Shown here piece after piece: positions 53,022 to 64,000 of a stretch of 64,000 nucleotides of DNA. The translations under genes were made by a program, and so were the position numbers. Source of the DNA: Camelus ferus (lineage: Eukaryota); the NCBI RefSeq assembly GCF_009834535.1, contig NC_045697.1:74836001-74900000 (forward strand). Reading direction: 5' to 3'. Below the pieces are notes generated by a model that was given only the letters and a program-made list of their open reading frames with translations, was not told the DNA's origin and ran no database searches. The first letter of the stretch is position 1, and every line of letters begins with the position of its first letter.

Positions 53022-53109
53022 TTGCCCTCAATTTTTATTTTTAAATTAAGAAATATTATAAAGGTGGGAATTGATATAGTGCTTAAGCAGAACTGATATT
53101 AATTATTTC

Positions 53110-53320
53110 ACAATAATTACCATTTGTTAAATACTCTGTGTCAGGCATTGTGGTCAAGTGCTTTATATGCATTATTTTACTCTATCTTTACACTTTTCTA
53201 TGACTTAAATACTATTTCCCCCCAAATTACAGATGACAATTTCAGGTGCCCAAAGTCACAAACTTTGTGACTCAAAGCAAAACCTGTCTGATTTCAAAGC
53301 TCAAACTCTAAACCATGCTG
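53110..53320 (-). mobile_element. MIR SINE
   Basis: ctctgtgtcaggcattgtggtcaagtgctttatatgcatta…ttacagatgac…cccaaagtcaca…tgtctgatttcaaagc. Confidence 0.8.
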
Positions 53321-53429
53321 TTAGTGCTGGCATATAGTTAATGAATAGTTCTCTGCGTGCTGTAATAAGACAATCAAGGTTATGGTATAGAGAATTTCAT
53401 TCCTAACTTGAAGCATATGTTAGTTTGGA

Positions 53430-53700
53430 AAGGAATTCTCAAATGGTAATTGTGAAAACTATTTAACAAACATGGAAGAATGTTTATCATATAATGTCAA
53501 ATGTAAAAGAATAATATAATAAATGTGTACACTGTGTTTACAATTATGTCAAAACTATATATGCATAGAGACAAAACCCTGGTAGAGAAGTTTAAAAGGA
53601 AAACAGTTTTCTTGGAATCGTAAGAGCCATAGTTAATTTTTATTTTGAAAATATTTTACAGTGTTGAAATTTTGTCATTAAGATTTTTATAAATTAAATT
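53430..53700 (+). mobile_element. Old L1 (L1ME-like) 3'UTR fragment
   Basis: aacatggaagaatgtttatcatataatgtcaaatgtaaaag…atgcatagagacaaaaccctggtag. Confidence 0.6.
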
Positions 53701-54529
53701 AGAAAAATTAAAGCTGTTAAACTAATTCAGTGAGAGAAACTTAAAGCTTGGTGCTGGAAGAGAAACATTCGCAAATGAAAATTACAACTCATTTTAAAAC
53801 ATGAAGTCAGTTTGTGAGGTCAGGACATAATGGAAACTCCCTAGCAAATAGAGTTAAGTTTACGAAGGTGAATTTGAATTGTTTTACTAGAAAATGTTTA
53901 TTTTTCTTCTTCAGAAATATGCATGAACATTGCCATTTCAGAAGACGAGAACATTTTTAGAACAGGGTCTCATACTCTTCCTTCTTCCCACACCTGCTCT
54001 GTGTCTCACCCACTCCATTTTGACAAATAGGCACTTTCTACTCTTGTTGAGTTCTCCTCCACCTCACCTTTGGTCTGAGAAACTCTCCTTGATTTCTAGG
54101 ACTCACAAAGGAACAAGAGCTTTTTCCAAGGGAAGAGGGAAATGGCATGAGTTTTTTGTTTTTTGTTTTTTTCCCCTCCACGCCTTCACAGTGTCTTGGG
54201 TGTGAGACCTGCTTGATGGTTCTATACGCTTGAAGGAGGTATAGTTCAAAGGTCTCAGTGAAGCTAGAATTTGACCATGTAGATAGAAAAACAATATACT
54301 GGGATTTTTTTGTTTGTTTTGATTTGATTTTCTGTAGGGATAGTGAAAAATTATAAACACTCTTGTTCCACTCTTTTTAACTGACCCACCTAATTAAGGG
54401 TTGCTCTCTGTTCCTTCTGCAAATATTCTGACTTCCACCTAGAAGGTCTAAGCTCCAGGTACAGTCTAGTGCACTCCTCTCACTTCTTTCTCATTCATCA
54501 GTAGCCAAAGCTGTACATGCAAATAGTAC

Positions 54530-54995
54530 TTATTGTTGGGCTTGTATACGTTAATAAAATATTACGTACACTGATGAAATATGAGTGCAAAGTAAATGAA
54601 AGTTGTAGAAAACAAAGTTGAATAGTACTTAAAGAATAGTCCTTTTATCTATGCAGATAAAAGGAATGATGATGAATTAGTTGAAGAAGGGATAGATTTC
54701 TAAAGAAACTTCAGAAGGGTTATGTGCTCAGATTGCATTGCAAGTTTCTTGTTTTATTTTAAAGAAGCTCAAACTGGAAATTTAGAAAGACTTCAAGAAA
54801 ACTGTTATTTGCCATGCATTCAAAGCAAGGACCAGACTCTACATAAAAAGACTGAGCTCTGAATGTACATACATTTTAAGCTAAAATAGAATCTTTACAG
54901 TATGTAATTTTTATTATGATTCTCCAATGTAACTTTTTAGAAAACTATTAACGACCATTTGCCAGTCTCATACATGAGCAATGAGAGAATTTTGA
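54530..54995 (+). mobile_element. Tigger (Tigger13a-like) TcMar DNA transposon relic
   Basis: atgagtgcaaag…aaagttgaat…gctcagattgcattgcaagt…ttaaagaagctcaaactggaaat…ctacataaaaagactg…gaatgtacat. Confidence 0.7.
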
Positions 54996-55095
54996 TTGTA
55001 TCACCTTTTATGCAGTTGTAGAAGTAAAGAGTTTCATATTTTGAAAGTTCCCCAATAATTTTGAACCTCTTTGAAAGCTATATTCATTTACTTTT

Positions 55096-55174
55096 TAAAT
55101 TTGCTTTTTTATTGAAGTATAATTGATTTACAACTTTGTGTTAGTTTCAGGTGTATAACAAAGTGATTCAATTA

Positions 55175-55239
<65 letters not shown>

Positions 55240-55995
55240 TTTTTCAGATTTTTTTCCATTATAGGTTATTACAAGATATTGAATATAGTTCCCTGTACTA
55301 TATAGTAGGTCCTTGTTGTTTATCTATTTCTTATATAGTAATGTGTATATGTTAATCCCAAACTCCTTATTTATCCCTTCTCCCCACCTCTTTCCCCTTT
55401 AGTAACCATAGTTTGTTTTCTCTGTCTGTGAATCTATTTCTGGTTTGTAAGTAAGTTCATATGTATCAATTTTTCTTAAATTCCATGTACAAGTGATATC
55501 ATATGATATTTTTCTTTCTCTGTTTGACTTCACATAATATGATAATCCTAGGTCCAGCTATGTTGCTGCAAATGGCCTATTTCATTCTTCATTTATGACT
55601 GAGTAATATTCCATTGTATATATACACCACATCTTCTTTATCCATTCATTTGTCAATGAACATTTAGATTGCTTTCATGTCTTGGCTATTGTAAATAGTG
55701 CTGCTATAAACATTGGGGTACATGTATCCTTTTGAGTTAAGAGTTTTCTCCAGAAATATGCCTGGAGTGGGATTGCTGGATCATATGATAAGTCTATTTT
55801 TCATTTTTTAAGGAATTGGTATACTGTTCTCCATAGTGGCTGCACCAGTTTACATTCCCACTAACAGTGTTGGAGGGTTACTTTTTTTTCCACATCCTCT
55901 CCAGCATTTATTATTTGTAGACTTTTCGATGATGGCCATTCTGACTTTTGTGAGATGATATCTCATTGTAGTTTTGATTTGCATTTCTCTAATAC
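55096..55995 (-). mobile_element. 5'-truncated L1 with exact 16-bp TSD
   Basis: TSD atattcatttactttt (55080-55095 / 55996-56011); 3'UTR and ORF2 end; internal (TG)n(TA)n at 55174-55237. Confidence 0.95.
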
Positions 55996-56218
55996 ATATT
56001 CATTTACTTTTGCTTCTATTCCATTTAATGCTAAAAATAGTAAACCTTTATTCTTAATTCAAACCTCCCTTCTACTTCTATGATGAAGACTGGATGTTAA
56101 ACAAATAAGCATTCTCTCCATTCTTTTTCAAACTAAGAGTTTTCAGCTGCACATACTGCTGCCTCACTAGAAGAAGACTGTTATTTCCCCACCTTTATTG
56201 CTGCTGGGTGTGGCCAGG

Positions 56219-56817
56219 TATATTTGTTTTCTATGGCTGCTGTAACAAATTAGCACAAACTTAGTAGCTTAGAATAACACAAATTTGTTATATCATGGTT
56301 CTGCTATTCAGAAGTTTGAGTTAGCTTGGCTGGTTTCTCTGCTCTGGGTTTTACAAAGCCAAAATCAAGATGTCAGCAGTTGCACTCTCATTGGAAGGCT
56401 CTGGGGAAGAATTCACATCCAAACTGGCAGAAACTAGTTCATTGAATTTGTAGGACCAGAACCTTGTTTCCTTGCTGACTGTCAGTTTCAGGGTGCCCTT
56501 AGCACATAGAGGCCTTGTCCCTGGTCCTTGCATTTGGGTCCCTAAATCTCAGGGCCAACAGAAGTGTGTGTTGAATCATGCTTGGAATGTCTCTGACTTC
56601 CCCTCATGCCATTGCTTCCTTTTGCCTCCACTGGAGGGAGTTCTTCACTTATAAGGGCTTATATAATTAAATGGGCCCCACCTGCATCATCTCCCGATTT
56701 TAAGATCTGTAACCCTGATTAAGATCAGCAACATCCTATTTGCCCTGTAATTTAACATATTCACAAATTTTAGGGATTGTGAGTGGACATTTTGGAGAAG
56801 CCATTCTGTCTAACACA
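56219..56817 (-). mobile_element. MaLR LTR (MLT1E-like) nested in an older MLT1
   Basis: ttttctatggctgctgtaacaaattagcacaaacttagtagctta…ggaaggctctggggaagaattcac…gccattctgtctaacaca. Confidence 0.85.
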
Positions 56818-57150
56818 ACTGGTGATTATAGAGTTCTGGCTAATGAATGAGACTGGAGATGCTGTGTAGGACTTATGGAATTTCCCTTGAAAGAGAGGAG
56901 AGTTGCCTTTTTTCATTCTGTTCTCATCCTGCTGCCTGGAGTGCTGCGGCAGCCCCTTGAAACCTGAGGCAAGGACCACACCCCAGGGATGGTAGAGGGG
57001 AAAGCTGGCAGAGGCTGAATTCTTTTGAAAAGTCATTTCATTAGTCCTGGGTCACCAATCTCTCTGGGTTTCTTTCACATGACAGAGAAATAAACTTTTT
57101 GTTAAACCCCTGTTATTCAAATTTTTCTGTTATATATAGGTGAACCTACT
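56818..57150 (+). mobile_element. Older MaLR LTR (MLT1J-like); left part at ~56140-56218
   Basis: gctgggtgtggcca | insert | agttctggctaatga…gcagccccttgaaacctgagg…gagaaataaac…tctgttata. Confidence 0.7.
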
Positions 57151-57924
57151 AATGAAAAATATGCCTTCCAAACTTTGGAATGTTTTCTTAGCTGATTACA
57201 ATATCTGCAGCATGGATTGACAGAATTAAATATATTTGGCTTCCCAATTCTTTATATTTAATATGAATAATAACTATTATCCAAGGTTTTTAAATTATAT
57301 ATTCACATTTATTGCTTGTGAAATAAATTCATTTTTCTTAGTAATGTCTGATTCTTCTTCTCCCTGTGTTCAAAAATGTCATTCCATGCTTTCAGTTTGA
57401 TTATTTTCGTATCAGAGTAAAAAGCAGAAGAAAGTTTGACTGTAAGTCTGAAGCTGAAAGAGACAGGAAGGACCCTATTTTGGTCTTAGAGGACACATTC
57501 AAAGTTTAGGAAAGGGATACTAAAGACTTAATGAAATACACGTTATCATAAATCTTATTCATTTAATCAGTTGCTTTTCATATTGCCTTAAAACATTTTC
57601 TTTTAAGGCAAATATTAGAAGAATATGAATTGTCCCCTGTTAAACAATATATTCTATCTATCTGCCTTCTTTATTATGAAAACTTTGACAGCTCTCAGAA
57701 ATTCAAACATTCTTTAAAATGAATTATGTAGGGTATTTCGATGATATTTCTATAGGCTTATGTGGATATACATTTATAAATTATAGATAAGAAAAAAGGA
57801 CCATTTCTTAAACTTAGACCTTATTAAAATGACCCTGATGACAAAGAATTTTTTAAAAAATTGCTGCATTACTTAGCCATTTCAATTAATGTTATTTTAA
57901 ATTTTATCCATAAACAGAATTTTA

Positions 57925-58095
57925 AGAATATTTTCTGGGACTAAAACTTCCTTGAGAATCTGATGAATGCAACAAGCTCATCTTCCCAGAAAAATGCCCA
58001 TGTAGCCTCATGTGGACAGTTTTTAGGCAATTTAATGAAATGTTCATATACGCTCTGTGAAATCTAACCATAAAACCTATGTTAAGAATCCTTAG
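57925..58095. mobile_element. hAT-Charlie relic (Charlie4z-like)
   Basis: ttgagaatctgatgaatgc…cccagaaaaatgccca…gttaagaatcct. Confidence 0.6.
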
Positions 58096-58744
58096 TATAA
58101 AGGTATGCTGAATTTGGAAGAATCTCACACACAAATTTATGAAATATATGAGCTGTCTTTTTCCAATGTAGGAAGCTACTAAGCAATTAACCATTAATAC
58201 TTGTTTTTTCAGTAGTGAAACTGTAATATTCTTCAGCATAGTGAGCTACTAAAATGGTTACATTTGTTAGAACAAATTGAACGAGATAGACATTTATACA
58301 TCTACAACTTGTGTCTGCCTTCTCTCCTTTTAAGATTCTGTCCCTCTGCCCCACCAGCTTAAGAAAGAGGATACCATACTCCATAGCAGGTCCTTTCTGC
58401 AATAATGGAAATGAAGCAGTAGATAAATATATTTTCCTGTGGTCCAAAATAAGCCTACTGAACATAGAGGTTATTGGTTTTAACTGTAAAAATAATATTG
58501 GTAATGTTTTTCTTTGTCTCCACTAATCTTTAGACCATCTTCTCCAGACAAAGTTCTTATAATTTTTATTTTTATGAAATGGTTGAGTCTTTTATATTGA
58601 ATTTAGCATTTCCAACTAATGACTCTAGTTTTGAATAACTTTCTGGATTCATCTTTGGCCATAGTGGCACCTCTTTATACATTTTGTGTAATTTTCTGTG
58701 TTCACCAGAGATCACTATGTTTAGGCATAGAAGTTTCTTTAGAT

Positions 58745-59284
58745 CAGTGCTTCTCAAACTTCTTTGTCTCAGGACCCTTTATACTCATCACATTATTGAA
58801 GACTACGAAGACATTTACTGTATTAGAAATTAAAACAGATACTTTAAAATATTGTTTCAAAACAAGACTACAGAGTGTACCAATTTTTTGTGTTTACAAG
58901 TATGCAATAGGAAAACAGCTTTCAAAATAGTGATTTATGGATGATAATATGGTTACAGAGATTGTAGCAGATATAAAGTGAGAAAGTTCATATGTACTAA
59001 AAACAAACTGAAATAATTTCCCAAAATGTACATATTTATACTTGAAAGCTACCATCTTAGAAAATTTTAAAAAAAGAATGCACAAGGATTCATATCATTA
59101 GCTACCACAGCAATGATATTATCACACATTTAGTTTCTTAAAACCCCATTGTACACCCTATGAACAAATAAGAAGAAATAAATCAAGTGTCTTAGTGTTA
59201 TTCGGAAAGTAGTTTTGATTTCGCAGGTACGTGAAAGGAATTCAGGGACTCCTCAATATTCTGGACCATGCTTTGAAACCACTG
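58745..59284. mobile_element. hAT-Charlie element (MER119/Charlie4a-like) with TIRs
   Basis: TIRs cagtgcttctcaaa / tttgaaaccactg; internal gtctcaggacccttt…ctgtattagaaattaaaac…gtcttagtgttatt. Confidence 0.8.
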
Positions 59285-61834
59285 GTTTGATGTTGTTTAA
59301 TTCCTTAATATAATTTTATGAGATTGTGGAGACAGATTATTAGTTTTAAGACTCATCTTTTTTGAGTAATATTCTCTTTGATAATCTATAGCCATGAGGT
59401 CGTATCTTTTTCTTTTTCCCTTACTTGTTCTAAATTAATTTTCATACAGTTCAGGATAGAAAATAATCATAGACTCTTAGAGTTGGTGAGAATCATACTC
59501 AAAAGAAAATTTAACATACTCCACAGCATTCCTGATAGATGGTCACACAGAATTTCTTGTTGAATATCTCCATACCTGTGCATCACCACTTGAGGATTTG
59601 TATTCTTTACTATTGTGAATATGGTGACTTTTTCATCAACTTCTTAATTATGTAAACTAAGCTATACAGTGATGGGAGTGGGAGGTAATGGAAATAACCT
59701 GTGCATCTTGGCTACTGGCACAAAATTCTCTTCATTTTTAGCTTAAATTAATCGCTGTTTTACAATCATTATTTAGGATCTTATATGAAGGTAAAACACG
59801 AGAAAAAAAAACTTCATAGGTTTTCTAAAGCTTAGTTGTTTTTTTTTTTTTTAAAGTTTTTGGATTACAATAAATACACAGGATATTTTTGGAAACTGTG
59901 TTGGAAATGTTTATATAGCCATTTCCACCTGCCCTCATAAGTGGCTGCTGCAAAACTTCTTAGGAAAGGACTGCTTTACCTTAGTGGGAATCCGTGTAGA
60001 AGGAAGACATACCATCAGGCAGTCTGAGTCCAGAAGGTGGTTAACCAATTTGTGAATGATTCAGTGTTTACAAGAGAAAATAATGTCATTCCTTTATAAC
60101 AATTCACATAAAAGGTTTAACAATGTACCTTTTCCTGGGGATGATAAAGCGGCAGGGGTAGTTGTGGGCAGGGAGATCCTAAAGGAAAACAGAGTATCTT
60201 AATCATATTTAATCAAATAGATGTCTTTAAACACATTGTACAAGTCACTGGGTTATTGCAATTGTGCTTAAACTAAAACTTCAGGGTAAGGTGAGACTTT
60301 GTGAAAATGACAAACTTTAGGAATAACCTATATGGCACTTAATTCAGTGCCTGTACTGGGCCAAAATCTTGCCCTTCTAATTAGGGAGAATTCTTTGGAG
60401 GACCTGATTGTGTACAAACTGACCACCAACTGGCTTCCAGAAGGCTTTCTTCTGCCTCCACCATTTCCAGTTTCAGTCATATATGGCTGTCATGATCTTC
60501 CTTCCTGAAAACTCTTTCCCAACGCAGTTTCTGAGCCAATCCTGAGTAATAAAGGAATTATCAGGTTGTTCCAGTGATGGACTGAATTGGAATTTAATAG
60601 AAAGTCAGGTCTGAGATGCAGATCCCTAGTACTTAACTGGCATCCTTACCATTCCTCAGGTTCAACTCTCATTGCCTATGAGTACTTCAGTGATGGAGGC
60701 CTTGATCTGTCTTCTGGGTTCTTTCTTTACCATATATATCAACATTAAGTTGCCATGTTACCCTTATGAATCCTGGCTTTTTTTCAGACTCTACTTTCCT
60801 AGGATCCTATCCCTGAATCTCAGCTTATTATTTGGGTCCTTTCCTAGTATCTGTAGCTTACACTTATCTACTTATTATCTCACTATCATTATTTCTGCTC
60901 AGTTCTTGACATCTTACTTTGGACTTTTCAATATCAATAATTTAACCTCAACTGAGACTGATGGGCCCTTAGAGGCTATTACTTGTTTGCCCGGCTGCAT
61001 AACTAAGCCCTGCTCTGCAGACATAGTCAGTGGCTCCAGTACTTCTTTTGCCGTTGAGTTTGATTAGTGTTATCTATCACCTGTCTGTCTGTTCTGGCTG
61101 ACTCAGAATAAATCATCTTTCCTCTTTTAGCATATATTTGCTGTCATTTACAGTTACCCAATGAGTGGTAATCTAGCTTCAGTTTGGAATTAATGTTGAC
61201 TTTAGAATGATTTATGTTTAAGGTTAAATTCCATATTTGAATGAGCTCCTGATCATAGAATCATGAATAGGCAAGGTCAGGAGAAAGAAGGTAGAATAAA
61301 CAAACCATAGTCAGGATGGGAGAGAGTTGGATAGATAAGGTTCATTGAGAATCCTGGCTAAAGTTTCCCTCCCATAATGTGAAGTATTACTAAGGGGTGA
61401 GAGGTGGGGAGATGAAAAGAGCTGCTGGATGAATGGATGAATGAAATAGTGGATGTGAATTATATGGAGTTGACTCTTTCTGATGGGTTCTGTATGGAAT
61501 TGGGGGAATATTCTGAAGCCCATCCTCCCACGGAAATGGATGCATTGACCAAATGTAAAGAATTCTGGTACAAGGTGTTTAACTAAATCTCAAAGAGGCA
61601 ATGAAGCCCATGTCATCCAACAGAGGTTGTTAGTAGCCTCAGTAAAATTTCCCCTTTCTCCTTCTCCTGTTAACTTCCTTCCCTCTTTGTTGTACGGATC
61701 ACGATCAGGCTTGAAATAAGATGGAAAGAGAATCAAAGGGAAAATGTTAAAACTTTATCAGAGAAAATACAACTCTTGGTTATAGCTATCTGGCTTAAGC
61801 ATAGTGAGATAAAAAGAAATGGAAAGATTTGTCT

Positions 61835-62960
61835 CATAGAGTAATGGAAACAAAAGCATCAATGAATAAATGGGAACTAATTAAACTTAAAAGCTTTTGC
61901 ACAGTAAAGTAAACCAAAAACAAAAGGAAAAGATAACCTATGGGATGGGAGAAAATATTTGCAAACAATAGGACTAAGGGATTAATTTCCAAAATATACA
62001 AACAGCTCATATAGCTCAATAAAAAAACAGAACCCAATCAGAAAATTGGCAAAAGACCTAAATAGACATTTCTCCAAAGAAGACATATAGATGGCCAAGA
62101 GGCACATGAAAAGATAATCAACATTGCTAATTACCAGAGAAATACAAATCAAAACTGCAATGAAGTATCACCTCACACCAGTCAGAATGACCATCATCAA
62201 AAAGTCTACGATAGTAAATTCTGGAGAGGGTGTGGAGAAAACAGAACCCTCCTACACTGTTGATGGGAATGTAAGTTGGTGCAGCCACTATGGAGAACAG
62301 TATGGCAGGTCCTTAAAAAACTAAAAATAGAGTTACCATATGATGCAGCAATCCCTCTCCTGGGCATATATCCAGAGAAAACTCCAATTAGAAAGATACA
62401 TACACCCCAATGTTCATTGCAGCACTATTTACAGTAGCCAAGACATGAAAACAACCTAAATGTCCATTGACAGATGAATGAGTAAAGAAGATGTGGTATA
62501 TTACTCGGCTGTTAAAAAGAATGAGTTAATGTTATTTGCAGCAACATGGATGGATTTATAGAATATCATACTAAGTGAAGTAAGAGAAAGACAAATATCA
62601 TACAATATCATTTATATATGGAATCTAAAAAATGATACAAATGAACATATTTATAAACCAGAAATAGACTCACAGGTATATAAAACAAACTTATGGTTAC
62701 CAAAGGGGAATGGGGTAAGGAAGGGATGAATTTGGAATTTGGAATTAACAGATACACTCTACTATATATAAAACAAATGACAAGGACCTACTATATACCA
62801 CAGGGATCTTTCAATTCAGTATCTTTCAATAAACTATAAAATAAAAGAATCTGAAAAAGAATACATATATATATATACATATATATATGTATAACTGAAT
62901 CACTTTGCTGTATATCTGAAACATTATAAATCAGCTATTCTTTAATAACAAATAAAAAAT
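61835..62960 (+). mobile_element. 5'-truncated L1 (ORF2 C-terminus, 3'UTR, A-rich tail)
   Basis: 62124-62324 [24 protein letters not shown]; typical 3'UTR ending gtataactgaatcactttgctg…aataacaaataaaaaa. Confidence 0.93.
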
Positions 62961-62979
62961 TAGAAAAAAGAAATCACTG

Positions 62980-64000
62980 GGGAAAAAAAGAAATGACAGA
63001 TATGAAAACACACTATTACCAGAAATGAAATAAATGATATGCAAAAGAAAGAACCTAGCTTGAAAACCATGAGATAGAAAAAAATTTCCTATAGGTGTTT
63101 TATTTTTATGGAAGGATACAATAAAGAACATAGATTCAATAAAACAGAGACTTAAAAATAAAATGAGAAAACACAAACTAGGATAAAAATGGAGATTACT
63201 AAAAGACAGGAAAATAATTGAGGGTCAAAATAATACTGTTATATAATTAAGAAACAAGTTAGAAATAGCAGACACAGCTAACTCTAAATAATTACATAGA
63301 AGAAAGTTTCAATATAATCACAGGACATATGGATGAAAAAGAAATTTAAAACAACTAGAAAAAAAGACAAAAAGAGAAATAGGACAAAGACTGTTCAACA
63401 CTAGAAAGATTGGTGCACTTGATTAGGTAATTCAATAAAGTGGACAGAAGAAATATGTAAAGCTATAATTGATGATAAATTCTCTAAAATAAAGGAAAAA
63501 AATCAATCTACAGATATAAGGATATCTCATGTGTTCCAGAGAAAGATACTGATACATCTTGGTTAAATTACTAAGTCCTAAGGCTAAGGAGTGATTTCTT
63601 AGTTATCCTGACATTTAAAGACTGAGTTTAAATTTCTTTACAGTAATACTCAATACCAAAAGACCAAAAGACAACAAATTAATATCTATCAAGTATTGTG
63701 GGAAAGTATTTCTAAAGAATATTATATAGAGTCCATGTTGTCATGCAAATGTAAAAGTGACTGGCAGATACTCCTAAATAGGGAAAACTCAAGGAGTAGA
63801 GCATTTAGAAACCTTCTTGAAAACAGAAATACTGATGAAATCCAGGCAACCAGGGTGAATGGAGTAAGTCATGGTTTGACTAGTGCAAAATTCAGTGCTA
63901 GGTTACAGTGAAGCAATAATTATACAATGGTTATGATGGGAGAATTTTAACCAGACCCAAGAATTTTATACCAAGCCAAGTTGTCTTCTGAGGATACAGG
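62980..64000 (+). mobile_element. Ancient L1 ORF1 / HAL1-like relic running off the window end
   Basis: A-rich sequence; aaattctctaaaataaagg…atctacagat; ccaagaattttataccaagccaagttgtc (PRILYQAKLS, matching the ORF1 C-terminal motif). Confidence 0.6.

Noticed and set aside
8308..62960. L1 strand bias implying a plus-strand host gene intron
   Set aside because: Minus-strand L1s are somewhat more common, but several plus-strand copies exist and the counts are too small.
1..64000. CRISPR array, prokaryotic operon/defence system, NUMT or rRNA
   Set aside because: No regularly spaced repeat-spacer units, gene-dense ORFs, or mitochondrial or rRNA signatures were seen; the sequence is mammalian repeat-rich DNA.

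Overview
This is AT-rich placental-mammal genomic DNA, most likely camelid: it carries a tRNA-Ala-derived SINE resembling Vic-1 and lineage-specific L1s. I find no recognisable intact protein-coding exon, functional tRNA, rRNA or CRISPR array, so it looks intergenic or deep-intronic. Much of the window is interspersed repeat: L1s of several ages (many with clear target-site duplications, TSDs), L2 and MIR relics, MaLR/ERVL LTRs, and hAT-Charlie, hAT-Blackjack and Tigger DNA transposon fossils. The recognisable ORFs in the track are L1 ORF1/ORF2 fragments; the rest look like chance or low-complexity ORFs. The most notable items are an unidentified ~485 bp coding-like insert splitting an old L1 (22916-23400), a near-perfect 20-bp-stem hairpin in unique DNA (41889-41954), a TSD-flanked L1 with both ends but a large internal deletion that fuses ORF1 to ORF2 (50027-53021), and a strong CTCF motif in a CpG-retaining patch (~47740-48230). 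I cannot support a claim of a new biological system. Repeat subfamily names come from recalled consensus sequences, boundaries are approximate, and both need RepeatMasker/Dfam confirmation.
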